From Actinomycetota bacterium (GTDB lineage Bacteria > Actinomycetota > Actinomycetes > Propionibacteriales > Propionibacteriaceae), in NCBI GenBank assembly GCA_046723505.1, contig JBKOUS010000092.1:1-63540 (forward strand): DNA of 63,540 bases. Direction: 5' to 3'. The notes under the pieces are model-generated. The model did not search any database and was not told the DNA's origin. It saw nothing but the letters and a program-made list of their open reading frames with translations. Shown here piece by piece: positions 43,104 to 52,700 of this stretch (the first letter of the stretch is position 1; every line of letters begins with the position of its first letter). The position numbers and the translations under genes were made by a program.

Positions 43104-44562
43104 CCCGCGGGGCTTCATGACGACGCCGAGACGGGTGGCAGCGCGACGGCCGGTCGCGGAGCGGATCCACGACTGGAAAGAGGTCTATCCCGGCACACCA
43201 GGGCGCGCCGTGCTGCCGATCATCTCCGAGCAGGCGGGGCGTTGCATGGATTGCGGCATCCCCTTCTGTCACACAGGCTGCCCGTTGGGCAACCTCATTC
43301 CGGACTGGAACGACCTCGTGTGGCGCAGCGACTGGGACGAAGCGTTGGAGCGGCTGCACGCGACCAATAACTTCCCGGAGTTCACAGGCCGGTTGTGCCC
43401 GGCGCCGTGCGAGACCGCGTGTGTCGTCGGCATCAACCGCGACCCAGTGACGATCAAGAACGTCGAGGTCGCGATCATCGACAAGGCGTGGGACGAGCGC
43501 CGGGTCACCCCGCAGCCACCGGAGTGGCTCACCGGCAAGAGGGTCGCGGTTGTTGGCTCTGGGCCGGCCGGGTTGGCAGCCGCCCAGCAGCTCACTCGCG
43601 CCGGGCACACAGTCGTGGTCTACGAGCGGTCCGACGCGCCCGGGGGCCTGCTGCGCTACGGCATTCCCGAATTCAAGATGCAGAAGTCTGTGTTGGATCG
43701 CCGTGTCCGGCAGATGCATGACGAGGGCACCAACTTCCGTTGTGGGGTCGAGGTCGGGATCAAGATCACCGGGCGTGAGCTCAAGGAGCGCTACGACGCG
43801 ATCGTACTGGCCGTTGGCTCTACGATCGGCCGTGATCTGCCGGTGCCCGGGCGCGAACTTGGTGGCATTCATCAGGCGATGGAGTACTTACCGCAGGCCA
43901 ATCGCGTGGCGCTGGGTCGCCACGTCGATGATCAGATCACCGCCAAGGACAAGCACGTAGTGATCATCGGCGGCGGCGACACAGGCGCAGACTGCCTCGG
44001 CACTGCGATCCGGCAGCAGGCGAAGTCGATCGTGCAGCTGGAGATCATGCCGACCCCGCCGGACGAGCGCCCGCCACACCAACCCTGGCCGACGTACCCG
44101 ATGATCTACCGAGCATCCTCGGCACACGAGGAAGCGGGGGAGCGGGTCTACTCAGTATCGACGTCAGAGTTCATCGGTGACTACGACGACAACGTGGCCT
44201 CATTGCGGATGTCCGAGGTGAGGTTCGACGCGGGAAAGATCGTCCCTATCGAGGGGACCGAGAGGGAGATTCCGGCCGAGCTGGTCCTGCTCGCCATGGG
44301 GTTCGTTGGTCCGGAGGCGGACACCGTGATCTCCCAGCTGGGAGTCGCCCTTGACGAGCGCGGCAACGTGGCCCGAGACAAGAACTACGCCACCGCTGTG
44401 GATGGTGTTTTCGTCTGTGGCGACGCCGGACGCGGTCAGTCGCTGATTGTCTGGGCGATAGCCGAAGGGCGCGCCTGCGCCGCGGGCGTGGATGAATATC
44501 TGTCCGGCTCCACCAAGCTGCCCCGACCGATCCCGCCGACCGCTCGCCAGATGATGGTCTGA
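43096..44562 (+). CDS. gltD: Glutamate synthase small subunit
   Basis: RCMDCGIPFC, NNFPEFTGRLCPAPC, GSGPAG, GGGDTG, GQSLIVWAIAEGR. Confidence 0.98.
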   Translation: MADPRGFMTTPRRVAARRPVAERIHDWKEVYPGTPGRAVLPIISEQAGRCMDCGIPFCHTGCPLGNLIPDWNDLVWRSDWDEALERLHATNNFPEFTGRLCPAPCETACVVGINRDPVTIKNVEVAIIDKAWDERRVTPQPPEWLTGKRVAVVGSGPAGLAAAQQLTRAGHTVVVYERSDAPGGLLRYGIPEFKMQKSVLDRRVRQMHDEGTNFRCGVEVGIKITGRELKERYDAIVLAVGSTIGRDLPVPGRELGGIHQAMEYLPQANRVALGRHVDDQITAKDKHVVIIGGGDTGADCLGTAIRQQAKSIVQLEIMPTPPDERPPHQPWPTYPMIYRASSAHEEAGERVYSVSTSEFIGDYDDNVASLRMSEVRFDAGKIVPIEGTEREIPAELVLLAMGFVGPEADTVISQLGVALDERGNVARDKNYATAVDGVFVCGDAGRGQSLIVWAIAEGRACAAGVDEYLSGSTKLPRPIPPTARQMMV

Positions 44563-44627
44563 GCTAGGTCATCCATTCGAGGCCGAGCTCATGAGGCTAC
44601 GAGCGACGCGCAGCGTCGGTCGGGCGC

Positions 44628-44641
44628 CGAACGTGCGGTCG
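44628..44641. promoter_or_regulatory. Possible LexA (SOS) box upstream of dinB
   Basis: CGAAC-gtgc-GGTCG, one mismatch to CGAAC-N4-GTTCG, about 80 nt before dinB. Confidence 0.35.
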
Positions 44642-44722
44642 TAATTCGGTGGATCGATCTGCATTTTCATACAACCGATCCTGAACCTCCCGGCATCCAA
44701 CTGGGTCAGGCAATCTGGAACC

Positions 44723-45790
44723 GTGACCACGCCGATTCAGGATCTGCCCTGGTGGCTCCTGCACGTCGACATGGATTCCTTCCTCGCGGCGGTGGAAGTC
44801 CGGCGACGACCTGAGTTGCGTGGGCTCCCGGTGGTGGTGGGAGGCGATGGTGACCCCACGCGGCCGCGGCAGGTGGTGGCCACAGCGTCGTACGAGGCGC
44901 GGGCGTACGGGGTGCACTCGGGGATGCCAATGCAGCGCGCGCTCCGCAAGTGCCCGGAGGCGGTGTTCTTGCCGAGTGATCATGCGGCCTACGACGTCGC
45001 ATCGGCGGAAGTCATGGAAGTGCTGCGAAGCTTCGGGTACCCGGTCGAGGTGTGGGGTTGGGACGAAGCGTTCATCGGAACCCGCCGTGAGGACCCTGAG
45101 GAGCTAGCTCGGGCCGTACGCAGCACGGTGCACGATCGCACTCGTCTGACTTGTGCCGTAGGCATCGGAGATACCAAGGAGCGGGCCAAAATGGCGACCA
45201 GGTTCGCCAAGACGGCGCCGGACCACATCTACCGTCTGGACTCGAGCAACTGGCTGCCAATCATGGGCGACCGTGATGTTGTCGAACTGTGGGGTGTCGG
45301 CAAGCGGACCGCGGCCCGACTCGCGGCGCACGACCTGCGCACCGTCACCGATCTGGCATTGGCCGATCGGGACGATCTAGCTGCCTGGTTTGGGCCGACC
45401 ACCGGTCCTCGCCTTCGGGTACTGGCCCGCGGCGGATGGTCACGTGCCATCACGACCGAGCCCTGGCTCGCCCGATCGAAGAGTCGCCAGGTGACCTTTG
45501 CCAGCGACCTCACTGACCCGGATGTCATCGGGCAAGAGGTTGCGACAATGGCCCGTGAACTGTGTGCGGAGATCAAAGTCGATGGGCGGCAAGTGACCCA
45601 CGTCGGTGTGACCGTCCGCACTCGGTCCTTCTTCACCCAGGTCAAAACCAGCAAGCTGCCAGAAGTGACAACCGACCCGCGGATCGTCGAGGCGGGTGCA
45701 CGGGCGGTGTTGGCGCGCTTCGACATCAATCGTCCTGTGCGACTGCTCGGGGTTCGGTTGGACCTGGCACCGATCCAACAATCGAGGTGA
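44723..45790 (+). CDS. dinB: DNA polymerase IV (Y family)
   Basis: LHVDMDSFLAAVE, ASYEARAYGVHSGM, WGWDEAF, WGVG, VRLLGV. Confidence 0.93.
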   Translation: MTTPIQDLPWWLLHVDMDSFLAAVEVRRRPELRGLPVVVGGDGDPTRPRQVVATASYEARAYGVHSGMPMQRALRKCPEAVFLPSDHAAYDVASAEVMEVLRSFGYPVEVWGWDEAFIGTRREDPEELARAVRSTVHDRTRLTCAVGIGDTKERAKMATRFAKTAPDHIYRLDSSNWLPIMGDRDVVELWGVGKRTAARLAAHDLRTVTDLALADRDDLAAWFGPTTGPRLRVLARGGWSRAITTEPWLARSKSRQVTFASDLTDPDVIGQEVATMARELCAEIKVDGRQVTHVGVTVRTRSFFTQVKTSKLPEVTTDPRIVEAGARAVLARFDINRPVRLLGVRLDLAPIQQSR

Positions 45791-45906
45791 GCACCTCGCA
45801 GAGTGCGGTGAATCGCACCAGCGGGAGAGGAATGTTGGCGACGCCAGTCATTCCGAGCTGTAGGACGCGTTGGTGCGGCTGAGTTCCTTTGACTGCTGCT
45901 TCTACT

Positions 45907-45944
45907 TGCTAGCATTGCTGTCAGAGGTGATGGCAGTGACGGCA
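45907..45944. promoter_or_regulatory. Toxin-antitoxin autoregulatory operator with FitA-type half sites
   Basis: TGCTAGCA, TGCTGTCA, TGATGGCA and TGACGGCA clustered over the antitoxin start. Confidence 0.6.
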
Positions 45945-46178
45945 ATCAGCATTCGCAATCTTGATCCTGACGTGAAAGCGAAATTACGCGTGAGGGCGGC
46001 CGAACACGGCCGTTCGATGGAGGCGGAAATCCGTGCCATCTTGGTTGATGCAGTATCCGAACTGTCGCGACCTGTCGGTCTGTTCGATGCGATCCGAGCA
46101 ATCAGCCTCGAACACGGTGGCGTGGACTTGGAGCTTCCTCATCGCAAGCGCCGGCAACGACCGATCAACCTCTCGTGA
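45930..46178 (+). CDS. FitA-like ribbon-helix-helix antitoxin
   Basis: ISIRNLD..LRVRAAEHGRSMEAEIRAIL; GTGA overlap with the toxin gene. Confidence 0.9.
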   Translation: MAVTAISIRNLDPDVKAKLRVRAAEHGRSMEAEIRAILVDAVSELSRPVGLFDAIRAISLEHGGVDLELPHRKRRQRPINLS

Positions 46179-46597
46179 TCATTCTCGATACGAATGTCAC
46201 GAGTGAGCTCATGCGGGCTCGGCCGGATCCGGCGGTCACAGCCTGGCTTGCTACCCAACGGCCGACCGAGCTGTTCTCGACTGCGGTCACCGTTGCCGAG
46301 ATCACTTACGGACTCGAACGACTTCCTCGTGGGCGACGTCGCAAGTCCCTCGAGCAGTCCTACCAGTCGCTTTTCGTCGGGATGGCTGATCACATACTGC
46401 CGTTCGATGTTGAGGCGGCGCTGCTGTACGGCTCACTCGTTGCCGGGAAGGAGCGCGCAGGGAACGCCATGGATCCGATGGACGCTCAGATCGCGTGCAT
46501 CGCGGCCTCGCGAGGCATGGCGCTAACGACGCGCAACGAGCGTGACTTTGCTGGCTGCGGCGTACGCATTGTCAGCCCGTGGCGCCATCGGGAGTAG
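46175..46597 (+). CDS. vapC: VapC/FitB PIN-domain ribonuclease toxin
   Basis: IILDTNVTSE, TVAEI, DAQIA, TRNERDF. Confidence 0.93.
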   Translation: MIILDTNVTSELMRARPDPAVTAWLATQRPTELFSTAVTVAEITYGLERLPRGRRRKSLEQSYQSLFVGMADHILPFDVEAALLYGSLVAGKERAGNAMDPMDAQIACIAASRGMALTTRNERDFAGCGVRIVSPWRHRE

Positions 46598-46704
46598 CCG
46601 CCGACAAATGCAGGCGGTCAATCGATCCGATCGGCATTGAACCGGTAGCCCCGCTTCGTGATCGTGGTGATCAGTCCGGGCCCTTCAGTGCGCGACGCAG
46701 CCGG

Positions 46705-47189
46705 CTCATCCCATCGCCCCGAGCGCCATAGCGATGAAATTGATGAACGTCACAACCGAACCCTTGAAACGGTCACCAAAGCGCCGCTGTATATGGCGGT
46801 TGTGCTGCGAGCTTCGCAGATCAACTCCCTGCCACTGTTCATCTTTGGCTTCTTCCTGCTCTTCATCGTCAGCGGGATTGGCAACGGGTCGACGTACAAG
46901 ATGATCCCAGCGATCTTCCACGCGAAGGAGCAGCTTGATGTCGGTGCTGGGCTTGATCTGGCCGAGGCTGATCATCGTGCGCCGCCGTTCGGGAGCCTTG
47001 ATCGGGTTGTCTGGGGCGATCGGTGCGCTAGCTGGCGTCATGGTCAACCTGGCCTTCCGGCAGTCCTTCTTGACTCTGAAGAACGGTGATGGCGCCTACA
47101 TCGCCTTCATTGCCTTCTACGTTGTGTGCTGCTTGGTCACCTGGGTTGTCTTCAGGCGGCAGCGTCCTGGACGGCTGCTAGGAGTGTGA
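46705..47189 (+). pseudogene. narK: NarK/NasA nitrate/nitrite MFS transporter, C-terminal remnant with an internal inversion and frameshifts
   Basis: SGIGNGSTYKMIP and GALIGLSGAIGALAG lie in different + frames; GDRFKGSVVTFINFIAMALGA is encoded on the - strand within 46715-46792. Confidence 0.8.
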
Positions 47190-47199
47190 GTCTGCTTTC

Positions 47200-47580
47200 T
47201 TGATCAGGTTTTTTGGTACGCCTGAACGAGATCTCGCCAGGCTCCGTGAGTCGGGCGTGCCGATCGAATCCATGCCTGGTCCTTATGGGGGCCACCGGCT
47301 GCCTCGGAACGCCGCGCCGAGTCCAGTGCCGCTGACCTTCGAGGCGATCGCCGCCCTGATCGCAAGTCTCGCAGCGCTCGGCCCGACGTCAACACATAGC
47401 TCAGACTCTGCCATGCGCGCCCTTGTGCAAGCAATCGCACCAGAAGCTACTGAGGCCGGCGAAGATCGGCAGCCAGACCGACACGTCATCAAGACCACGA
47501 GCGAATCAGATACTCGCCTACAAGATCATCGCGCCGTCACGAGCATCGGCACCTCGCCCGTGGGACGAAGGGTCACGTAG
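47200..47580 (+). pseudogene. 5'-truncated HTH_11 (PafB/YafY-type N-terminus) regulator remnant
   Basis: ERDLARLRESGVPIESMPGPYGG matches the end of an HTH_11 domain; the first helices are missing and no WYL domain follows. Confidence 0.55.
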
Positions 47581-48920
47581 GGATCAGGACGCACATCCAG
47601 CTGATCAGGGCTGTGCAACTGGTAGCGCTGTGCGATCATCGCGAGCGCTAGCGCGCCCTCCATGAGAGCGAAGTCCATTCCGAGGCACTTACGTTGTCCA
47701 CCGCCGAACGGAAAGTAGGCCCAGCGGTCAATGCTTCTCCGGTTAGCGGGCAAGAACCGCGCTGGCTCGAAGTGGCCAGGATCCACCCAGAAGTCGGGAT
47801 GTCGATGCGTTACGAAGGGCACCAGGATGATGATGTCACCGCGCGGCACTCGAAAGCCCCGAACCTCATCCGTACGGGTCGTCATCCGCGGAATTGCCCA
47901 CTTGGCTGGACGCAGGCGCAGCGTCTCGTCGATCACTGCCCGGGTATAAGGCAGCTCGGCAAGATCGTCGAACTGGGGCGTTCGCCCACCGAGTGCAAGA
48001 TCAACTTCTGTCACCAGACGGGACCAGGCCTCGGGATGGCGCTCGAGGAGTGAGATTGCCCAGGTCATGGTTGTTGCAGACGTCTCGAAGCCCGCCAGCA
48101 GCAATGTCATGATCTCGTCGCGGAGTAGGCCCGGACTGATCTGGCTCTCCTCGGAGAGCTGAGCGCCCATGATCAAGGCAAGAAGGTCGCTCGATGCCGG
48201 TTGCCCTGCGCTCTCACGACGCCGAATGATCTCCTCGACTACTGCGTTGAGGTAGCTAACAGCACGACGGAAAGCCAAGTTGTCGCGCGTTGGGACTTGA
48301 TACAGCCACGGCAGGTACGGAGTGGGCGAGATGATCCTCCGGTTGATCACCTCAAGTGCGGCGACGAAGGACCCAGCGACAGCCGGAAGTTGCTGAGCGA
48401 GTTCCGTCCCGAACAAGGCCCGGATCACGACGGTCAGTGTCAACTTCCTCATTTCGGAGAACAGCGCGATGGCCTTACTGCCTCGACCCGGGCCGTTCCA
48501 ACCCTCCAGCACGTCGGCAATCGCCTCGGTCATGATCATGCAGATGGGTTCCAGCCGGCCGTGCTGGAAGACCGGCTGAGCCAGGCGCCGCTGCCGCTTC
48601 CAATCTTGACCATCAGCCGTCACCAGCCCGTTTCCGACGAGCGGCCTGACCTTGTCCCAGATCGTTCCTTTGACGTAGATGTCCTTGGCGTCCACGAGGA
48701 CATGTCGCACCTGGTCAGGGTGGCTGAACTGTTCGACATAGATGTAGCCCATCCGATATCGGACTACATTTCCGAGCAGCTGCTGGCTCGTGTTGAACAG
48801 CTTCAGCGGGTCTTTTCGGCGCTCCTTCAGATGACCGAGTAACCAGTGACTCGGCGGCATCGGCGCGAGCGGGGCCGGCGTACTTACAGGCGCTCGTGGA
48901 ATCTGAGCCGAGGTCGCCAC
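47526..48920 (-). CDS. Cytochrome P450
   Basis: AGFETS (I helix), ETLR, and FGGGQRKCLG heme motif. Confidence 0.95.
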   Translation of the reverse strand: MATSAQIPRAPVSTPAPLAPMPPSHWLLGHLKERRKDPLKLFNTSQQLLGNVVRYRMGYIYVEQFSHPDQVRHVLVDAKDIYVKGTIWDKVRPLVGNGLVTADGQDWKRQRRLAQPVFQHGRLEPICMIMTEAIADVLEGWNGPGRGSKAIALFSEMRKLTLTVVIRALFGTELAQQLPAVAGSFVAALEVINRRIISPTPYLPWLYQVPTRDNLAFRRAVSYLNAVVEEIIRRRESAGQPASSDLLALIMGAQLSEESQISPGLLRDEIMTLLLAGFETSATTMTWAISLLERHPEAWSRLVTEVDLALGGRTPQFDDLAELPYTRAVIDETLRLRPAKWAIPRMTTRTDEVRGFRVPRGDIIILVPFVTHRHPDFWVDPGHFEPARFLPANRRSIDRWAYFPFGGGQRKCLGMDFALMEGALALAMIAQRYQLHSPDQLDVRPDPYVTLRPTGEVPMLVTAR

Positions 48921-49032
48921 GGTCTCAGTCTGACCCCGGATCGTCGCAAAGTCACCGCCCGCTTCCGCCGTGCAGGGGGGAGCAGTCGACGTGCCGGCTG
49001 GTCAGCATAACTATTCCTGGGAGGATGGCGAG

Positions 49033-49560
49033 GTGGCTACCTATGTCGCCTTCCTGCGGGGGGTCAACCTCGGTCCCAGCAACAAGATCTCGATGCCCGC
49101 GCTGCGCGCCATGGCCGAAGATCTTGGTTACACCGATGTCGCGACCTACATCAACAGTGGCAACTTGATCATCAAATCCACGAAGAAGGCGGCGACTGTG
49201 GAGCGGGAGATCGCCAACGCAATCAACGACACGTTCGACCGCCCGATCGATGTCGCGGTACGCACACCGGCTCAGCTGAAGAAGGTGCTGGTCGCTAATC
49301 CTTATCCGGACGGCAATCCGAGCCAGGTTACGGTGGCGTTCCTGACCAGGACGCCGGCTGCGGATGCCAAGCAGAAGGTGGCTGCGGTCGCGAAGGACTA
49401 CGAGCCGTTCACCTTTTCCGGCCAGCAGGTCTACGTCAACTACTCGAAAGGCATCGGCAGGAGCAAGCTGGCTGAGAAGTTCAGCGCCATCGTGGGGGTG
49501 AGCTCGACGGTCCGTAACATCCGGACGATCGAGAAGGTGCTGGAGCTGTGCGGGGACTAA
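49033..49560 (+). CDS. DUF1697 family protein
   Basis: YVAFLRGVN, V.TYINSGN, NPYP, TVRN. Confidence 0.88.
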   Translation: MATYVAFLRGVNLGPSNKISMPALRAMAEDLGYTDVATYINSGNLIIKSTKKAATVEREIANAINDTFDRPIDVAVRTPAQLKKVLVANPYPDGNPSQVTVAFLTRTPAADAKQKVAAVAKDYEPFTFSGQQVYVNYSKGIGRSKLAEKFSAIVGVSSTVRNIRTIEKVLELCGD

Positions 49561-49608
49561 CGGTCAGCCGCGCGACCTCGTGCCGATTGAGCCAGTCCTG
49601 CCCCGAAC

Positions 49609-49630
49609 TGTCGGAGGCGCGTCGCAGACT
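49609..49630 (+). promoter_or_regulatory. RecA-NDp/PafBC-like promoter upstream of dnaE
   Basis: TGTCGG-N10-CAGACT; consensus is TGTCGG-N10-TANNNT. Confidence 0.5.
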
Positions 49631-49733
49631 GGTATGGGGATACCGGGCGACTAATGTAGGCGCTTGCTGAGCTTCCCCGCTCGCGTCCGGCAGGACGCGC
49701 GCAGCATGGTTCGATTTGGAGGTTGGTGCAGGT

Positions 49734-52700
49734 ATGCCGGGAAGCACGCAACCTGGGGACGGCTCATTCGTCCACCTGCACGTGCACTCGGAGTATTCGA
49801 TGCTCGATGGGGCGGCGCGCATCGCCGATCTGTTCTCCAGCTGCGAGCAGATGGGTATGCCGGCGATCGCGATCACCGATCACGGCAACACCTTCGGTGC
49901 GCACGAGTTCTACAAGGCGTCCAAGTCCTCTCCTGTGAAGCCGATTGTCGGTATCGAGGCCTACCTCACCCCGAAGACTCACCGATCCGACCGTCGACGA
50001 GTCCTGTGGGGTGACGGCGGCTCTGACGATGTGGGCGGTGGCGGTGCCTTCACGCATCTGACGATCTGGGCAGAGAACACGGCAGGCATGCACAACCTGT
50101 TCCGGCTGAGCTCGCTGGCGTCTTTGGAGGGCTACTTCTACAAGCCGCGTATCGATCGCGAGCTGCTCGCCCGCTACGCGAGTGGGCTGATTGCTACCAC
50201 CGGCTGTCCGGGCGGAGAGGTGCAGACCTACCTGCGCCTGGGTCGCTACCACGACGCCCTCGCCAGCGCCGCGGAATTCAGAGACCTTTTCGGTGCTGGC
50301 AATTACTACGTGGAGCTGATGGATCACGGCATCACCATCGAGCGCCGGGTGCGCGACGACCTGCTGCGAATCGCGCGAGAGCTCAAGCTGCCGTTGGTCG
50401 CCACCAACGATCTGCACTACACGCAGCAGGCCGACGCTGCGGCTCACGAGGTGCTGCTTTGCGTGCAGACCGGTTCCATCATGGCCGAGGGGAACCGGTT
50501 CAAATTCGAGGGCGACAGCTACTACCTCAAGTCGCCGGCCGAGATGCGCGCATTGTTCGCAGATCTCCCCGAGGCGTGCGACAACACCTTGGCAATCGCC
50601 GAACGGTGTGAGGTGTCCTTTACCGAAGGCAATGGCACCTACATGCCGCGCTACCCATGCCCTGAGGGTGAAACCGAAGAGTCCTGGTTCGTGCATGAGG
50701 TCGAGGCTGGCTTACATCGGCGCTATCCCGGCGGGATTCCCGACACAGTGCGGAAGCAAGCCGACTTCGAGACCAGCGTGATCATCTCGATGGGCTTCGC
50801 CGGGTACTTCCTGGTCGTTGCCGACTTCGTCAACTGGGCGAAAGAGCACGGCATCCGCGTCGGGCCCGGACGTGGCTCTGGCGCCGGCTCGATCGCTGCG
50901 TACGCGATGCGGATCACTGATCTTGACCCGCTCGTCCACGGACTGATCTTCGAGCGTTTCCTCAATCCTGACCGGGTCTCGATGCCAGACTTCGACATCG
51001 ATTTCGATGAGCGCCGACGCGGCGAAGTGATTCGCTACGTCACGGAGAAGTACGGCGAGGACCGGGTGAGCCAGATCGTCACGTACGGGACGATCAAGGC
51101 CAAGCAAGCGGTGAAGGATGCCTCCCGGGTCTTGGGTTACCCGTTCGGCGTCGGCGAAAAGATCACCAAGGCGATGCCGCCGCCGGTGATGGGCAAGGAC
51201 GTGCCGCTCGCCAAGCTCTTCGACCGCGAACATCCACGGTACGGCGAGGGCGGGGAGTTTCGGGCGCTTTACGAGGTCGATCCGGACGTCAAGACGGTGG
51301 TGGACACTGCGAAGGATCTGGAAGGGCTGAAGCGGCAGTGGGGCGTGCATGCCGCCGGAGTGATCATGTCCAGCGCCCCACTGATCGACATCATCCCGAT
51401 CATGCGTCGGGAGCAGGACGGCGCGATCATTACGCAGTTTGACTATCCGACTTGTGAGTCGCTGGGCCTGATGAAGATGGACTTTCTGGGCCTGCGCAAT
51501 CTCACCGTGCTTGACGATGCGGTGGCCAACATCGCACTCAACCGCGGGTTCACCCTGGTGCTGGAGGACCTGCCTCTGAACGACGCGGCGACGTACGCGC
51601 TGCTCGGGCGGGGCGAGACGCTCGGAGTGTTTCAGCTTGACGGCGGGCCGATGCGATCGTTGTTGCGCCTGATGCGTCCCGATAACTTCGAGGACATCTC
51701 AGCGGTGCTGGCGCTCTACCGACCGGGACCCATGGGAGCAGATAGTCACACGAACTACGCGCTCCGTAAGAACCGGCGGCAGGAGATCAAGCCGATCCAC
51801 CCTGAGTTGGCCGAGCCGTTAGCCGAGATCCTCGGCACTACTCATGGCCTGATCGTCTACCAAGAGCAGGTGATGGCGATTGCCCAGAAGGTGGCCGGCT
51901 TCACCCTGAGCCAGGCGGACAACATGCGCCGGGCCATGGGCAAGAAGAAGAAGGAGATCCTCGACGCGGAATTCGTGCCGTTCTCCGCGGGCATGCAGGC
52001 GAACGGCTATTCCCACGCCGCGATCACCGCGCTTTGGGACACCTTGGTTCCGTTCTCGGACTACGCCTTTAACAAAGCGCACACTGCGGCGTACGGAATG
52101 GTCTCCTACTGGACCGCATTTCTTAAGGCCAACTTCCCCGCCGAATTCATGGCGGCGCTGCTCACCTCGGTAGCGGACGATAAAGACAAGATGGCGGTGT
52201 ACCTCAACGAGTGTCGTCGCATGGGAATCCAGGTGCTGCCGCCGGACGTCAACGAATCAGCAGCGAACTTCACCCCGGTCGGTGCCGACATCCGTTTCGG
52301 CCTGACGGCTGTTCGCAATGTCGGCCACAACGTGGTTGACGGCATCGTCGCCGCTCGGGCGGCCCACGGCAAGGCCGTGAACTTCTACGGCTTCTTGGAT
52401 CAAGTGCCGTTGGTGGTGTGTAACAAGCGGGTGATCGAGTCGCTGATCAAGGCAGGAGCCTTCGAGTCGATGGGGCATTCCCGGCGGGCCCTGATGAGCG
52501 TTTACGAGGCGGCGGTGGACGGAGTGCTTGACCTCAAGCGGAACGAGGCCAATGGTCAGGATGATCTTTTCGGCGAATTGGCGGACACCGATCCGGTTCT
52601 GACGGGCAGCGTTCCCGACCTGCCCGACTGGGACAAGCGAACAAAACTGGCGTTCGAGCGCGAGATGCTCGGCCTCTATGTCAGCGATCATCCGTTGCAG

